Of a stretch of 64,000 nt of DNA, positions 9,975 to 18,989 are shown piece by piece; position 1 is the first letter of the stretch; every line of letters begins with the position of its first letter. A program made the position numbers and the translations under genes. The notes under the pieces are model-generated. The model saw only the letters and a list, made by a program, of their open reading frames with translations, made no database searches and had not been told where the DNA came from. Origin of the DNA: Bacteroidia bacterium (lineage in GTDB: Bacteria; Bacteroidota; Bacteroidia; M30B66); contig OZ257142.1 of the NCBI GenBank assembly GCA_965279035.1, positions 768,001-832,000 on the forward strand. Direction: 5' to 3'.

Positions 9975-10781
9975 ATGCATCCAAATTCACCAATTGGCAT
10001 TTTTGATTCAGGCATAGGAGGTTTAACTGTTGCCGCAGCAATTCATCGGCTTTTACCAAATGAGTCGCTTGTTTATTTTGGCGATACAGCACATTTCCCA
10101 TATGGCGACAAATCTCCTTCCCGAATTGAGTCTTACGGAGTTGGAATTTCCGATTTCTTACTTCAACAGGGATGTAAAATGATTGTCATCGCATGTAATA
10201 CTGCTTCTGCTCATGCGTTTAAAGCAGTTACTAAACATGTTGGGGCAAAGGCTATCGTTGTGAATGTAATCGATCCAGCATCCCAAATAGTAGCTCAACG
10301 TTATCCTTCAGGAAGAGTTGGAGTAATAGCTACACGTGGAACGATTCAATCAGGAATCTATCCACGGAAAATAAAAAAATATAGCTCAGGAACTGAAGTA
10401 ACTTCATTGGCTACACCACTTTTAGCGCCTATGATTGAAGAGGGTTTTTTTAATAATAGAATTTCCCGTACAGTAATTCATTCCTATTTAGAAAAGAAAT
10501 CACTTCAAAATATTCAAGCAATTATTCTTGGATGTACTCACTATCCATTGATTAGAAAAGAAATTGAAGAATACTATAAAGGAAATGTAGATGTAGTAGA
10601 TTCTGCCGAAATGGTTGCCCTCACAGTTCGTGAACGACTTGAAAATACAGGATTATTATCAGACCAATTACATCCTAGTTTACGGTTTTTAGTTTCTGAT
10701 TTTACAGAGTCTTTTGAAAGTAGTGCCACCTATTTCTTCCCTGAAAAGGTGAATCTGGAAGAATGTGATATATGGAAATAA
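9975..10781 (+). CDS. murI: glutamate racemase
   Basis: IFDSGIGGLTV, ACNTAS, LGCTHYP. Confidence 0.95.
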   Translation: MHPNSPIGIFDSGIGGLTVAAAIHRLLPNESLVYFGDTAHFPYGDKSPSRIESYGVGISDFLLQQGCKMIVIACNTASAHAFKAVTKHVGAKAIVVNVIDPASQIVAQRYPSGRVGVIATRGTIQSGIYPRKIKKYSSGTEVTSLATPLLAPMIEEGFFNNRISRTVIHSYLEKKSLQNIQAIILGCTHYPLIRKEIEEYYKGNVDVVDSAEMVALTVRERLENTGLLSDQLHPSLRFLVSDFTESFESSATYFFPEKVNLEECDIWK

Positions 10782-10808
10782 AAAAGGCAACTCATTGAGT
10801 TGCCTTTT
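10782..10808. terminator. bidirectional intrinsic terminator
   Basis: AAAAGGCAACTC-att-GAGTTGCCTTTT perfect inverted repeat between convergent genes. Confidence 0.9.
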
Positions 10809-10826
10809 AAAGAAGTTAAATTCTAA

Positions 10827-13661
10827 TTACTGAACTGGATTTCCTTCTGTGTCTAACTCAATAACTGGATAGCCAAGAAGTTTAATTTTCTCGAAGTTGG
10901 TTGCTTTATCACCAACAATTACAACGATCATTTTCTCTAATGGTAAATAGCGTTTTGCTAAACCATCGATATCATTTTTAGTGATCGAACTTAAAATGGC
11001 ATTTTGTTTATCGATGTAGTTTTTATCTAGATTATAAACAAGTAAGTTTTGAAGGAACAGCGCCTTTTGGAAAGGTGTTTCATATTTCAATGCATCCCTT
11101 TGTCCTAAAGAACTTTTTGTAAAAGCTAATTCTTCTGGAGTTATTCCTGCTGTTCTATACGCACTCATTTCAGAGAAGAAATCCATCATAGAACTATCCG
11201 TTTTTTCAGCTTTCACCCCAGCAGATGCAGAAAAAGGACCTTTAAATACAGAACCATTAAACGAGGTTCTAGCACCATAAGTATAACCTTTCTTCTCACG
11301 TAAAGTTAAATTGATACGGCTGTTGAAATTTCCTCCAAGCGTATAATTCATAATTCCAGCGCGGTAAAATTCTCCATCAGCATCGAATGGTAAAGCCATA
11401 TATCCAATACGAATTTCCGACTGTGGAGCTTTGTCTTTATTCACAAAATAAATGGTTGTTTTAGCAATTTCAGGTGTTGCAGGATACTTCAGTTCAACTG
11501 GTGCTTTTGAGGCTGTCCAATTAGTTAAAAATGGAACTGATTGCATTAATTCCTTTTGATTTATTTGTCCAACTGAAACTAGCTTTGCTTTTGCTGGAAT
11601 AATTTGAGCAGCATAGAAATCTTTCACATCCTGTAAAGTAATTCCTTCAAGAGTTTTCTTCGTTCCAACGACAGGAATTCCGAAAACGTGATCACCGTAA
11701 AGTAATTTTGAAAATACATTATCAGCGATGGTTGCAGCACGTGTTGCATTATTATCAATTGCAGCTACATTTTGTGATTTTGCTGTAGTGAATTCTTCCT
11801 CATCAAATCGTGGATGAAATAATTTTTCCTCTAGCAACTGAAGTGTCCGTGCTAAATTTTTCTTTAATGAAAAAACATTCACATAAACAAATTGACGATC
11901 TGAAGAAAAGCTAATTTCAGAACCTAGTTTTTCTAATTCTGTAGTGATTTCTTCTGATGTATATTTCTGAGTTGATTCATTCAAGAGATCCGTTAGCAAA
12001 TTAGCCAATCCAGCTTTTGCCGGATCTTCAGCTGCATGTCCAGCAGGAAAAGAAAGCAATATGGAAACAATAGGCAAATCATTATCCGGAGAGCCAATTA
12101 CTTGTAGTCCATTCGCAAAATTTTCTTTCCAAAATTCAGGCAGGTGAATCACCGGATTCGCTCCAGCAGCGGGGCGTTTGCTTCTATCGAAAGTATCTTT
12201 TGCTTTGACATAACTCAAGTTTTTGTATTCACTTCCTTCGGCACCTTCAGCCTCTGTAGCTTTCTTTGGAGTGAAATTATCTTCATGAGCAATTAATTCA
12301 CGTTGACCTTTAGGAACAACACTGGTAATAACTGCTGGTTTTCCTTTTATGTATTTCTGATATACACGAATTACATCCTCTTTTTTCAAATTTTGAAGCT
12401 GCTCCAATTCCTTTTTGATGTAGTTCGGATTCCCTTTGAATGTCTCATAAGAAGCAAGTTTAGATGCTTTCCCACTAACACTTTCTAAGCTTTGAATCAT
12501 TTGAGCTTCACGAGAATTTTTTATTCTAGATAAATCCTCATCCGTTACACCTCTTTTCTCAAATTCAACAAAGGCATCACGGATTGTTTTTTCCATATCT
12601 GCCAAAGTTTTACCTGGAAAAGGAAGAATACTTACTACAAAAGTTCCTGTTAATTCGGATGTTGGATTGGATGCTCTTGCTTGAACTGCCAAATTGGTTT
12701 TGATTAGGTTCTGATATAGAATGGAAGTTTTATCTCCACCAATTAATTCAGCAAGTAAATCCAATGGTAATTCATCTTCATCACCCGAAGAAACAGAAGG
12801 CCAAGTCATTTGAATCAAAGGGAAACGAATATTATCTTCCAAAGAAATGTAACGATCTTGATCAAGTGTAACCGGCATTTTAGCCATCGGTTTTACTTCT
12901 GGACCTCTTGGAATGCTGCCAAAATATTTCTGCGCTAATTTTACAACTTCAGCCGGATCAACATTTCCAGCAACTGTTAATACTGCGTTATTGGGTCCAT
13001 ACCAACGTAAAAAGAATCTTTTTAAATCATCAACTGTTACGCGATCAAGGTCTTTTAAATAGCCGATTGTTGGCCATGAATAGGGATGACCAAAAGGATA
13101 AAGTGCTTCACTGGTGCGTTCTCCTACTAATCCATATGGACGATTGTCGTAATTCTGACCACGTTCATTTTTAACTGTAGCTCGTTGGATTTCAAATTTC
13201 TGTTGTGTAACAGCATCCAATAAAAATCCCATTCTGTCGGCCTCAAGCCATAAAGCAGTTTCGAGTTGATTACTTGGAACCGTTTCAAAATAGTTGGTTC
13301 GATCAAGATTCGTAGTGCCATTTAAGGTACCGCCCGATTCTGTTACAATGGAGAAATGTTCTTCATCCGCCACATTATCAGAACCCTGAAACATCATGTG
13401 TTCGAAAAAGTGAGCAAATCCCGAACGACCTATTTGTTCACGAGCAGATCCAACATGGTAAGTTACATCAACATGAACAACCGGATCACTTTTATCTACG
13501 TGAACAATCACTGTCATCCCATTATCGAGTTTATATTTCTCATAAGGAATAACAATTTCATCCCCTTTTTTCTCCACTTTTTCTACCAGCTTTTGAGCAG
13601 TAACGGGGAAAAGGACGAATAATGAAAAAGCCCCAGTTAGGAGCGAAATGCGTTTTAACAT
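10827..13661 (-). CDS. M16 family zinc metallopeptidase (insulinase/PqqL-like)
   Basis: Signal peptide, HFFEH inverted zinc motif, NGTT..DRTNY, LREKKGYTY in the C-terminal half. Confidence 0.92.
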   Translation of the reverse strand: MLKRISLLTGAFSLFVLFPVTAQKLVEKVEKKGDEIVIPYEKYKLDNGMTVIVHVDKSDPVVHVDVTYHVGSAREQIGRSGFAHFFEHMMFQGSDNVADEEHFSIVTESGGTLNGTTNLDRTNYFETVPSNQLETALWLEADRMGFLLDAVTQQKFEIQRATVKNERGQNYDNRPYGLVGERTSEALYPFGHPYSWPTIGYLKDLDRVTVDDLKRFFLRWYGPNNAVLTVAGNVDPAEVVKLAQKYFGSIPRGPEVKPMAKMPVTLDQDRYISLEDNIRFPLIQMTWPSVSSGDEDELPLDLLAELIGGDKTSILYQNLIKTNLAVQARASNPTSELTGTFVVSILPFPGKTLADMEKTIRDAFVEFEKRGVTDEDLSRIKNSREAQMIQSLESVSGKASKLASYETFKGNPNYIKKELEQLQNLKKEDVIRVYQKYIKGKPAVITSVVPKGQRELIAHEDNFTPKKATEAEGAEGSEYKNLSYVKAKDTFDRSKRPAAGANPVIHLPEFWKENFANGLQVIGSPDNDLPIVSILLSFPAGHAAEDPAKAGLANLLTDLLNESTQKYTSEEITTELEKLGSEISFSSDRQFVYVNVFSLKKNLARTLQLLEEKLFHPRFDEEEFTTAKSQNVAAIDNNATRAATIADNVFSKLLYGDHVFGIPVVGTKKTLEGITLQDVKDFYAAQIIPAKAKLVSVGQINQKELMQSVPFLTNWTASKAPVELKYPATPEIAKTTIYFVNKDKAPQSEIRIGYMALPFDADGEFYRAGIMNYTLGGNFNSRINLTLREKKGYTYGARTSFNGSVFKGPFSASAGVKAEKTDSSMMDFFSEMSAYRTAGITPEELAFTKSSLGQRDALKYETPFQKALFLQNLLVYNLDKNYIDKQNAILSSITKNDIDGLAKRYLPLEKMIVVIVGDKATNFEKIKLLGYPVIELDTEGNPVQ

Positions 13662-13782
13662 AAGTGTGTTTTTCGAGTTGCAAGTTTATACAAAGATTTC
13701 GGTACTAGAAGAATACATCGGTGCTTGAATTCTAGAAAATAATACATTATTCTTTTTTATGGATGTTTAGGATTTAACCATG

Positions 13783-13790
13783 TACATTTG
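13783..13790 (+). promoter_or_regulatory. Bacteroidota sigma-A -7 promoter element for the B12 operon
   Basis: TACATTTG matches TAnnTTTG just before the riboswitch P1. Confidence 0.7.
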
Positions 13791-13794
13791 ATGG

Positions 13795-13992
13795 CTTTTT
13801 GGTTCGCACCCTGTGTGTGATTAAAAGGGAATCCTGTTAAAATCAGGAACAGTTCCCGCTGCTGTGATTCTCAATAAAAAAACATTCAGTATTTGCCACT
13901 GTTAAACCGGGAAGGCGCTGGATGTGAGGAAAGTCAGAAGACCTGCCAAGAGTATATGTTCCAAGCTTTCGGGAAGAAAGGCAATGAACAGG
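13795..13992 (+). ncRNA. cobalamin riboswitch
   Basis: AAAAGGGAATC..AAAATC..AACAGTTCCCGCTGCTGT, GCCACTG..GGGAAGG, B12 box AGTCAGAAGACCTGCC; L5 TTCCCG (13853-58) is complementary to L13 CGGGAA (13970-75); lies upstream of a TonB receptor. Confidence 0.95.
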
Positions 13993-14008
13993 AAGGCCAT
14001 TGGCTTTT

Positions 14009-14054
14009 GTTGATAGGTGTGTTTTCACATTATTCAACCCTGTTTTCTTTTTTT
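14009..14054 (+). terminator. putative riboswitch-controlled terminator
   Basis: GTTGA-TAGGTGTG-tttt-CACATTAT-TCAAC imperfect hairpin followed by TTTTCTTTTTTT. Confidence 0.55.
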
Positions 14055-14076
14055 CCATTGTTAGGATGAAAAGAAA

Positions 14077-15987
14077 ATGATGCGACAACAACTAGTATTT
14101 CTTCTTATTTTATTCAGTCAAGTGCATATTGCTTTTGCTCAAAAGGAGCGGAAGGATACCATTTTGCTGTTACGTGTTGTTACCATTGAAGATATTCGTC
14201 TTCCAGCATCCAATCCTGGACTTGATCAAGAAAATTTCCGAACTCAAAAAAATGGAAAATCTGCACAATCATTGGCAGAAATTTTAAGTAGAAATTCCGC
14301 TTCATTTATTCGTCAATATAGTCCAGGCACTTTAGCTTCTCCTTCAATTCGAGGAACTGGTGCTGCCCATACAGCATTGATTTGGAATGGCTTGAATCTT
14401 CAAAGTGCTATGAATGGACAGCTCGATTTAAGCTTGATTCCAGCACAATTGTTTGATCAGTTTACTTTGCAAAAAGGAGCTAGTGCAGCTTCATGGGGCT
14501 CCGGTGCTATTGGTGGTGCTATCACGTTGAATTCTGATGAACCTACAAATCACTTTCGACTTACACAAAACTCTGGAAGTTGGGGTTTTAAACAAAGTGC
14601 TTTGGATATCGGATTAAAAAGGAAGTCTATTGGATTTAGAGTCCGTGTATTTGAAACTACTGCTTTAAATAATTTTCGATTTCAGAATGATGCTTTATTT
14701 CTTAGCCCAATTCAAAGGCAGACGAATGCTGCACAATTCATGAAAGGATTGATGCAAGATATCTTTGTTGAAACAGGCAAGCATTCCTATTTTCAACTAG
14801 CATTTTGGGGTCAATATTCGAAACGTCACATTCCTCCCATCCAAACAATTCCTTTTGCTGTTGCTCATCAAATTGATCGAACCAATCGATTAAATGCAAG
14901 TTGGAAACGAAGCGTTGAACGATGGGACATCCTTATTCGTGGAGGATTTTTTCAAGAAGAAATTGGTTTCAAAGATTCTCTTAGTCAAATCGATAGTAGA
15001 AATAATTCAAAAACGTCTATCATCGAATCTGAATTTGGGAAATCACTTTTCAATCAACGAATTCGGATACAAGTTGGCGGAAATGCTTCTGTTTCGATGG
15101 CTAAATCACAAGGACTCGGAAGTCAATGGAAACAACAAAATAGGAAATCAATCTTTGCTTCTTTCCGTTCTGAGTTTCTTAAAAAACGTTTAGAAAATCT
15201 TATCCAGATACGTCAGGAATGGTATAATAATCATGCTGTTCCTTTTATTCCGTCATTTTCTTCATCCTTCAACTTAGTAAAGAATATTAAAATCAGAGGT
15301 CAACTTGCTCGAACATTTCGATTGCCAACGTTAAATGATCTTTATTGGCAACCTGGCGGAAATTCTGATTTACTTCCAGAACATGGATTAGCAATGGAAG
15401 CTGGATTTCAGTATTTAAAAGAAAATGAATCTTTCAGTTTTCTTGGAAAAGCAGGTATATTTTCAACTCGTGTAAAAAACTGGATTCTTTGGGTGCCTGG
15501 ATTAACTTATTGGAAGCCAGAAAACATTCAACAAGTTTTCAGTAGGGGAGAAGAAATAGTAATCAGCCTTTCAATAAAACGAAATAAAACGGATGTTTTA
15601 AGGGTTTCATCTTCTTTGCAATATGTCAATTCAAGTGTAGAGAAATCAAATTCAATTTCCCAGAATAGGCAATTAATTTATGTTCCCAAATTCACATGGA
15701 ATGGGAATGTTTTTATTCAACTCCCATTTGCTCAATTGGATATTAGCTCAACCTATACAGGCTTGAGATATACAACAAGTGACAATGCTTCTTACTTGCC
15801 TGCATTTTGGGTATTTAATGTAACTCTATCTAAGGAAATAGCATTCTATAAGCACACTGCTTCCATTTATTTCCAAGTAAATAATATGTTCAATTCACGC
15901 TATCAGGTAATAGCATGGCGTCCAATGCCTTTAAGGTCAATTATGGCAGGAATTTCATTTTCATTTCACCCAACCCATTCATCATGA
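14077..15987 (+). CDS. btuB: TonB-dependent cobalamin receptor (BtuB-like)
   Basis: Plug motifs IRG.GA.HT...WNG and G.GAIGG; FRLPTLNDLYW and NNMFN..Y barrel motifs; first gene after the B12 riboswitch. Confidence 0.88.
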   Translation: MMRQQLVFLLILFSQVHIAFAQKERKDTILLLRVVTIEDIRLPASNPGLDQENFRTQKNGKSAQSLAEILSRNSASFIRQYSPGTLASPSIRGTGAAHTALIWNGLNLQSAMNGQLDLSLIPAQLFDQFTLQKGASAASWGSGAIGGAITLNSDEPTNHFRLTQNSGSWGFKQSALDIGLKRKSIGFRVRVFETTALNNFRFQNDALFLSPIQRQTNAAQFMKGLMQDIFVETGKHSYFQLAFWGQYSKRHIPPIQTIPFAVAHQIDRTNRLNASWKRSVERWDILIRGGFFQEEIGFKDSLSQIDSRNNSKTSIIESEFGKSLFNQRIRIQVGGNASVSMAKSQGLGSQWKQQNRKSIFASFRSEFLKKRLENLIQIRQEWYNNHAVPFIPSFSSSFNLVKNIKIRGQLARTFRLPTLNDLYWQPGGNSDLLPEHGLAMEAGFQYLKENESFSFLGKAGIFSTRVKNWILWVPGLTYWKPENIQQVFSRGEEIVISLSIKRNKTDVLRVSSSLQYVNSSVEKSNSISQNRQLIYVPKFTWNGNVFIQLPFAQLDISSTYTGLRYTTSDNASYLPAFWVFNVTLSKEIAFYKHTASIYFQVNNMFNSRYQVIAWRPMPLRSIMAGISFSFHPTHSS

Positions 15988-16955
15988 ACAAACTATTATC
16001 CCTAGTCTTTTGCAGCATTGTGTTTGATTTTCTCCCTGCGCAAACAACTGTAACATTCGAAGATCTTTCTCTACCAACAGATTCCTGGTGGGTAGGAAGT
16101 GATGGAATTTCCAATGGTTTTAGCTGTAATGATGCCTATTTCCCCACAGTTTGGGATACTGCTTTTGGAGGTTATTGGTCTAGTGGCTTCGCCTATAGCA
16201 ACATGACCGATTCTGTTACTTCAGGCTATCTCAACATGTATTCAGCTAAAGCTGGATCTGGATATCAGAATTCAGAAAATTATGCAATTACTTATGGTGA
16301 TGGCTGGTTTTTACCAGGTCCAATTGATCATGCACATCTGTATGAGCCTGTGGAAATGTACATCACCAATAATACGTTTGCCTATAATAACATACGAGAT
16401 GGTGATGCGATTGGGAAAAAATTCGGAGGAGTTTCGGGAAATGATCCAGATTATTTTTCAGTTACTTTCGAGGGAATTCATCTTGGGCAAACTACTGGTA
16501 CTGCTGTAACTGTCTATCTAGCTGATTTTCGTTTTGAAGATAACTCCTTGGATTATATTCTATCCGAGTGGACTTGGGTAGATCTTTCGCCATTAGGTTT
16601 GGTTGATAGCGTGATATATAGCTTTGAATCTTCCGATGTTGGTGATTTTGGAATCAATACTCCTTTGTATTTCTGCATGGATAATTTCAAAGTGAATAAC
16701 GTTCCGAATGGGTTTCAAAACATACCAACTTATACTCTTGATGTTTTCCCTAATCCAACGTCTGAATTCATTCGGATTTCAAGCGGACAAATTTCAAATG
16801 GTACTATTTCAATTTATTCAATGGATGGTTCACTGGTTAAAACACAAACATTCAATACAGTGAATCCATACATTTCTGTAAGCGAATTAGCTAATGGAAT
16901 GTATTTCCTGCGCTTGAATGGAACAATGAGCCGTACTTTTGTTGTTCAACATTAA
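15984..16955 (+). CDS. DUF4465 (BtuJ-like) putative B12-binding protein with T9SS type-A C-terminal domain
   Basis: TFEDL, W.SGFAYSN, YITNNTFAY, KKFGG..G.DPDYF, YLADFR, W.WVDLS.LG, TPLYFCMDN; tail VFPNPT..IYSMDG.LV..LANGMYFL; ATGA-coupled to btuB. Confidence 0.8.
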   Translation: MNKLLSLVFCSIVFDFLPAQTTVTFEDLSLPTDSWWVGSDGISNGFSCNDAYFPTVWDTAFGGYWSSGFAYSNMTDSVTSGYLNMYSAKAGSGYQNSENYAITYGDGWFLPGPIDHAHLYEPVEMYITNNTFAYNNIRDGDAIGKKFGGVSGNDPDYFSVTFEGIHLGQTTGTAVTVYLADFRFEDNSLDYILSEWTWVDLSPLGLVDSVIYSFESSDVGDFGINTPLYFCMDNFKVNNVPNGFQNIPTYTLDVFPNPTSEFIRISSGQISNGTISIYSMDGSLVKTQTFNTVNPYISVSELANGMYFLRLNGTMSRTFVVQH

Positions 16956-16956
16956 A

Positions 16957-17949
16957 ATGAAAAGTTTTCTATTCTTCATTGTAGTTGTTCCTTCAATGCT
17001 TTGGGGGCAATTTGATCCTCCTGCTGATCAACCAGGATCATTAGCAATTCCCGTAAATAGCCCCTTGTTTATTGCATGGGCAACAACTGCTGAAGTAATT
17101 GCCGGTCCTCAACAAATAGGCGTTGATTCTCTTGGATTAGCGGCTAGTGGACAGGCTATTTTTGCCACTGGGAAAGCAGGAGAAAATCCGGTTGTGAGTT
17201 TAGGTGATGGTGGAAATGCAATTGTTCAATTTGAATTCTCAGTTCGAAATGGAATAGGGGCTGATTTTGCTGTTTTTGAAAATAGTTTTGATGGATTCTT
17301 TTTGGAATTAGCCTTTGTTGAAGTGAGTTCTGATGGAATTAATTTTTATCGATTTCCTTCGGCTTCATTAACAGACACAACGATTCAAGCATCCGGATTT
17401 TCAAATCTCGATGCGAAAAATCTGAATAACCTTGCTGGCAAACATGCAATGCTTTTCGGAACACCATTCGATCTTGAAGAATTATCTACTCAAGAAGGTT
17501 TAGACATAAATGCGATTAGTCATATTCGAATTGTAGATGTTGTAGGCAGCATCAATCCTGATTATGGTTCAAGAGATGCATTTGGGAGAATTATTAATGA
17601 TCCTTTTCCAACACCTTTTATTTCATCAGGATTTGATTTAGATGCCGTTGGAGTCATACATAATAATGACCCGAATGCAATTGAACAGCTTTCTACCAAT
17701 GGAAAAGCTTTTTTGTTTCCACAGCCAGCCGAACATTCAGTTCTTATTCAAATCCCCAATACAATTGGAAAATCAATTCATTGCACCATCAAATCTTTAG
17801 AAGGAAAAAATGTATTATCCATTGATGGAACGATGAATTCCAGTTCAAGTATTGAAATTGAAACATCTTCCTTAATCCCAGGTTATTATTTTATTGAATC
17901 AACCATTGAGTCTACTGTTTTCAACCAAAAGCTAATCATTCGGAAATGA
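16957..17949 (+). CDS. putative BtuH-like cobamide-binding domain protein with T9SS type-A C-terminal domain
   Basis: Signal peptide with no lipobox; VSLGDGG..VQF..NG.GADFAVFENSF..ELAFVEVSSDG, GTPFDL, IRIVDV, GFDLDAV; tail LFPQPA..SLEGK.V..LIPGYYFI..KLII. The BtuH similarity was judged by eye. Confidence 0.6.
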   Translation: MKSFLFFIVVVPSMLWGQFDPPADQPGSLAIPVNSPLFIAWATTAEVIAGPQQIGVDSLGLAASGQAIFATGKAGENPVVSLGDGGNAIVQFEFSVRNGIGADFAVFENSFDGFFLELAFVEVSSDGINFYRFPSASLTDTTIQASGFSNLDAKNLNNLAGKHAMLFGTPFDLEELSTQEGLDINAISHIRIVDVVGSINPDYGSRDAFGRIINDPFPTPFISSGFDLDAVGVIHNNDPNAIEQLSTNGKAFLFPQPAEHSVLIQIPNTIGKSIHCTIKSLEGKNVLSIDGTMNSSSSIEIETSSLIPGYYFIESTIESTVFNQKLIIRK

Positions 17950-18977
17950 AATTGAGAATTTTAGCTTTATTCCTTTTAGGGATTTTATCATCATGTAAAA
18001 AAGATGAAAAGGTTCCTGACCCAATTGTCCCGGTTCAAAAAGATTACAATGCTATTGTAGTCAATGAGGGTAATTTTCAATGGGGAAATTCTTCCATGAC
18101 ACAAATTGATTTGAGTACAGATCATGTTGTTGCAGATGTTTTTTCTCAGGTAAATCAGCGTCCCTTAGGAGATGTGTTTCAATCGATTTCGCAAATTGGT
18201 TCGGAACTATGGTTAGTGGTAAATAATTCTCAAAAAATAGAGCGTATTGATTTCAAAACGATGGTTGCGAAATCTCCTATAACAGGAATTCATTCTCCAC
18301 GAAATATTCAGCAGTATTACAACAAAGCATTTGTCACCGATTTGTATTCAAACAGCGTCCATGTGTTTGATATTTTTAGTGGTGAAAACACGATGAATAT
18401 TCCTTTTCCGGGTTGGAGTGAAGGTATTATTTTGGATCAATCGGCTCGCTTGTGGGTGACGAATGTTACACGTGGGAATCTAGTTATTATAAATCCTGTA
18501 AATAATCAGGTAGTTGATTCACTGAATGTTGGAGACGCTCCGCGCTATATTTGTAACGATAAGATGGGTCGAATTTGGGTCTTGTGTGAAGGTCATCTTC
18601 CTCCTTCAGAAACAGCCGGAAGTCTTTGGTGTATCAACCCTTTAGATAAAACGGTTATGAAAACGTTCACATTTAATTTGGGCGAACATCCTTCTAAATT
18701 AATTTCAATGACAGCTTCTGGAGAATTAATTTTTCTAAATCAAGGGGTGTATAAAATTTCGATTGATGCTAGCAGTTTACCAAGTACTCCATTCATTCCT
18801 CAAGGTAATCGCTTGTTTTACGGTTTAGGCTTTAATGAAATCCACTCTACTATTTGGGTAGGTGATGCACATGATTATCAGCAAGCAGGAGAAGCTTTAG
18901 TGTATAACTCGAGCAATGGAACATTATTAAAATCCTATGCTGCTGGAATCATTCCCGGCTCTTTTTATTTTTACTGA
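17946..18977 (+). CDS. btuG: BtuG-like (YncE/DUF5074) beta-propeller surface lipoprotein
   Basis: Lipobox ILSSC-KKDE; NEGNF, N.RPLGDV.QS, VVNNSQKI, SPR, FYGLG, DA.DYQQ.G, GIIPG.F. Confidence 0.82.
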   Translation: MKLRILALFLLGILSSCKKDEKVPDPIVPVQKDYNAIVVNEGNFQWGNSSMTQIDLSTDHVVADVFSQVNQRPLGDVFQSISQIGSELWLVVNNSQKIERIDFKTMVAKSPITGIHSPRNIQQYYNKAFVTDLYSNSVHVFDIFSGENTMNIPFPGWSEGIILDQSARLWVTNVTRGNLVIINPVNNQVVDSLNVGDAPRYICNDKMGRIWVLCEGHLPPSETAGSLWCINPLDKTVMKTFTFNLGEHPSKLISMTASGELIFLNQGVYKISIDASSLPSTPFIPQGNRLFYGLGFNEIHSTIWVGDAHDYQQAGEALVYNSSNGTLLKSYAAGIIPGSFYFY

Positions 18978-18989
18978 TTATTTTTCAAT

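Noticed and set aside
13843-14091. 82-aa minus-strand ORF
   Set aside because: It is the antisense reading of the cobalamin riboswitch.
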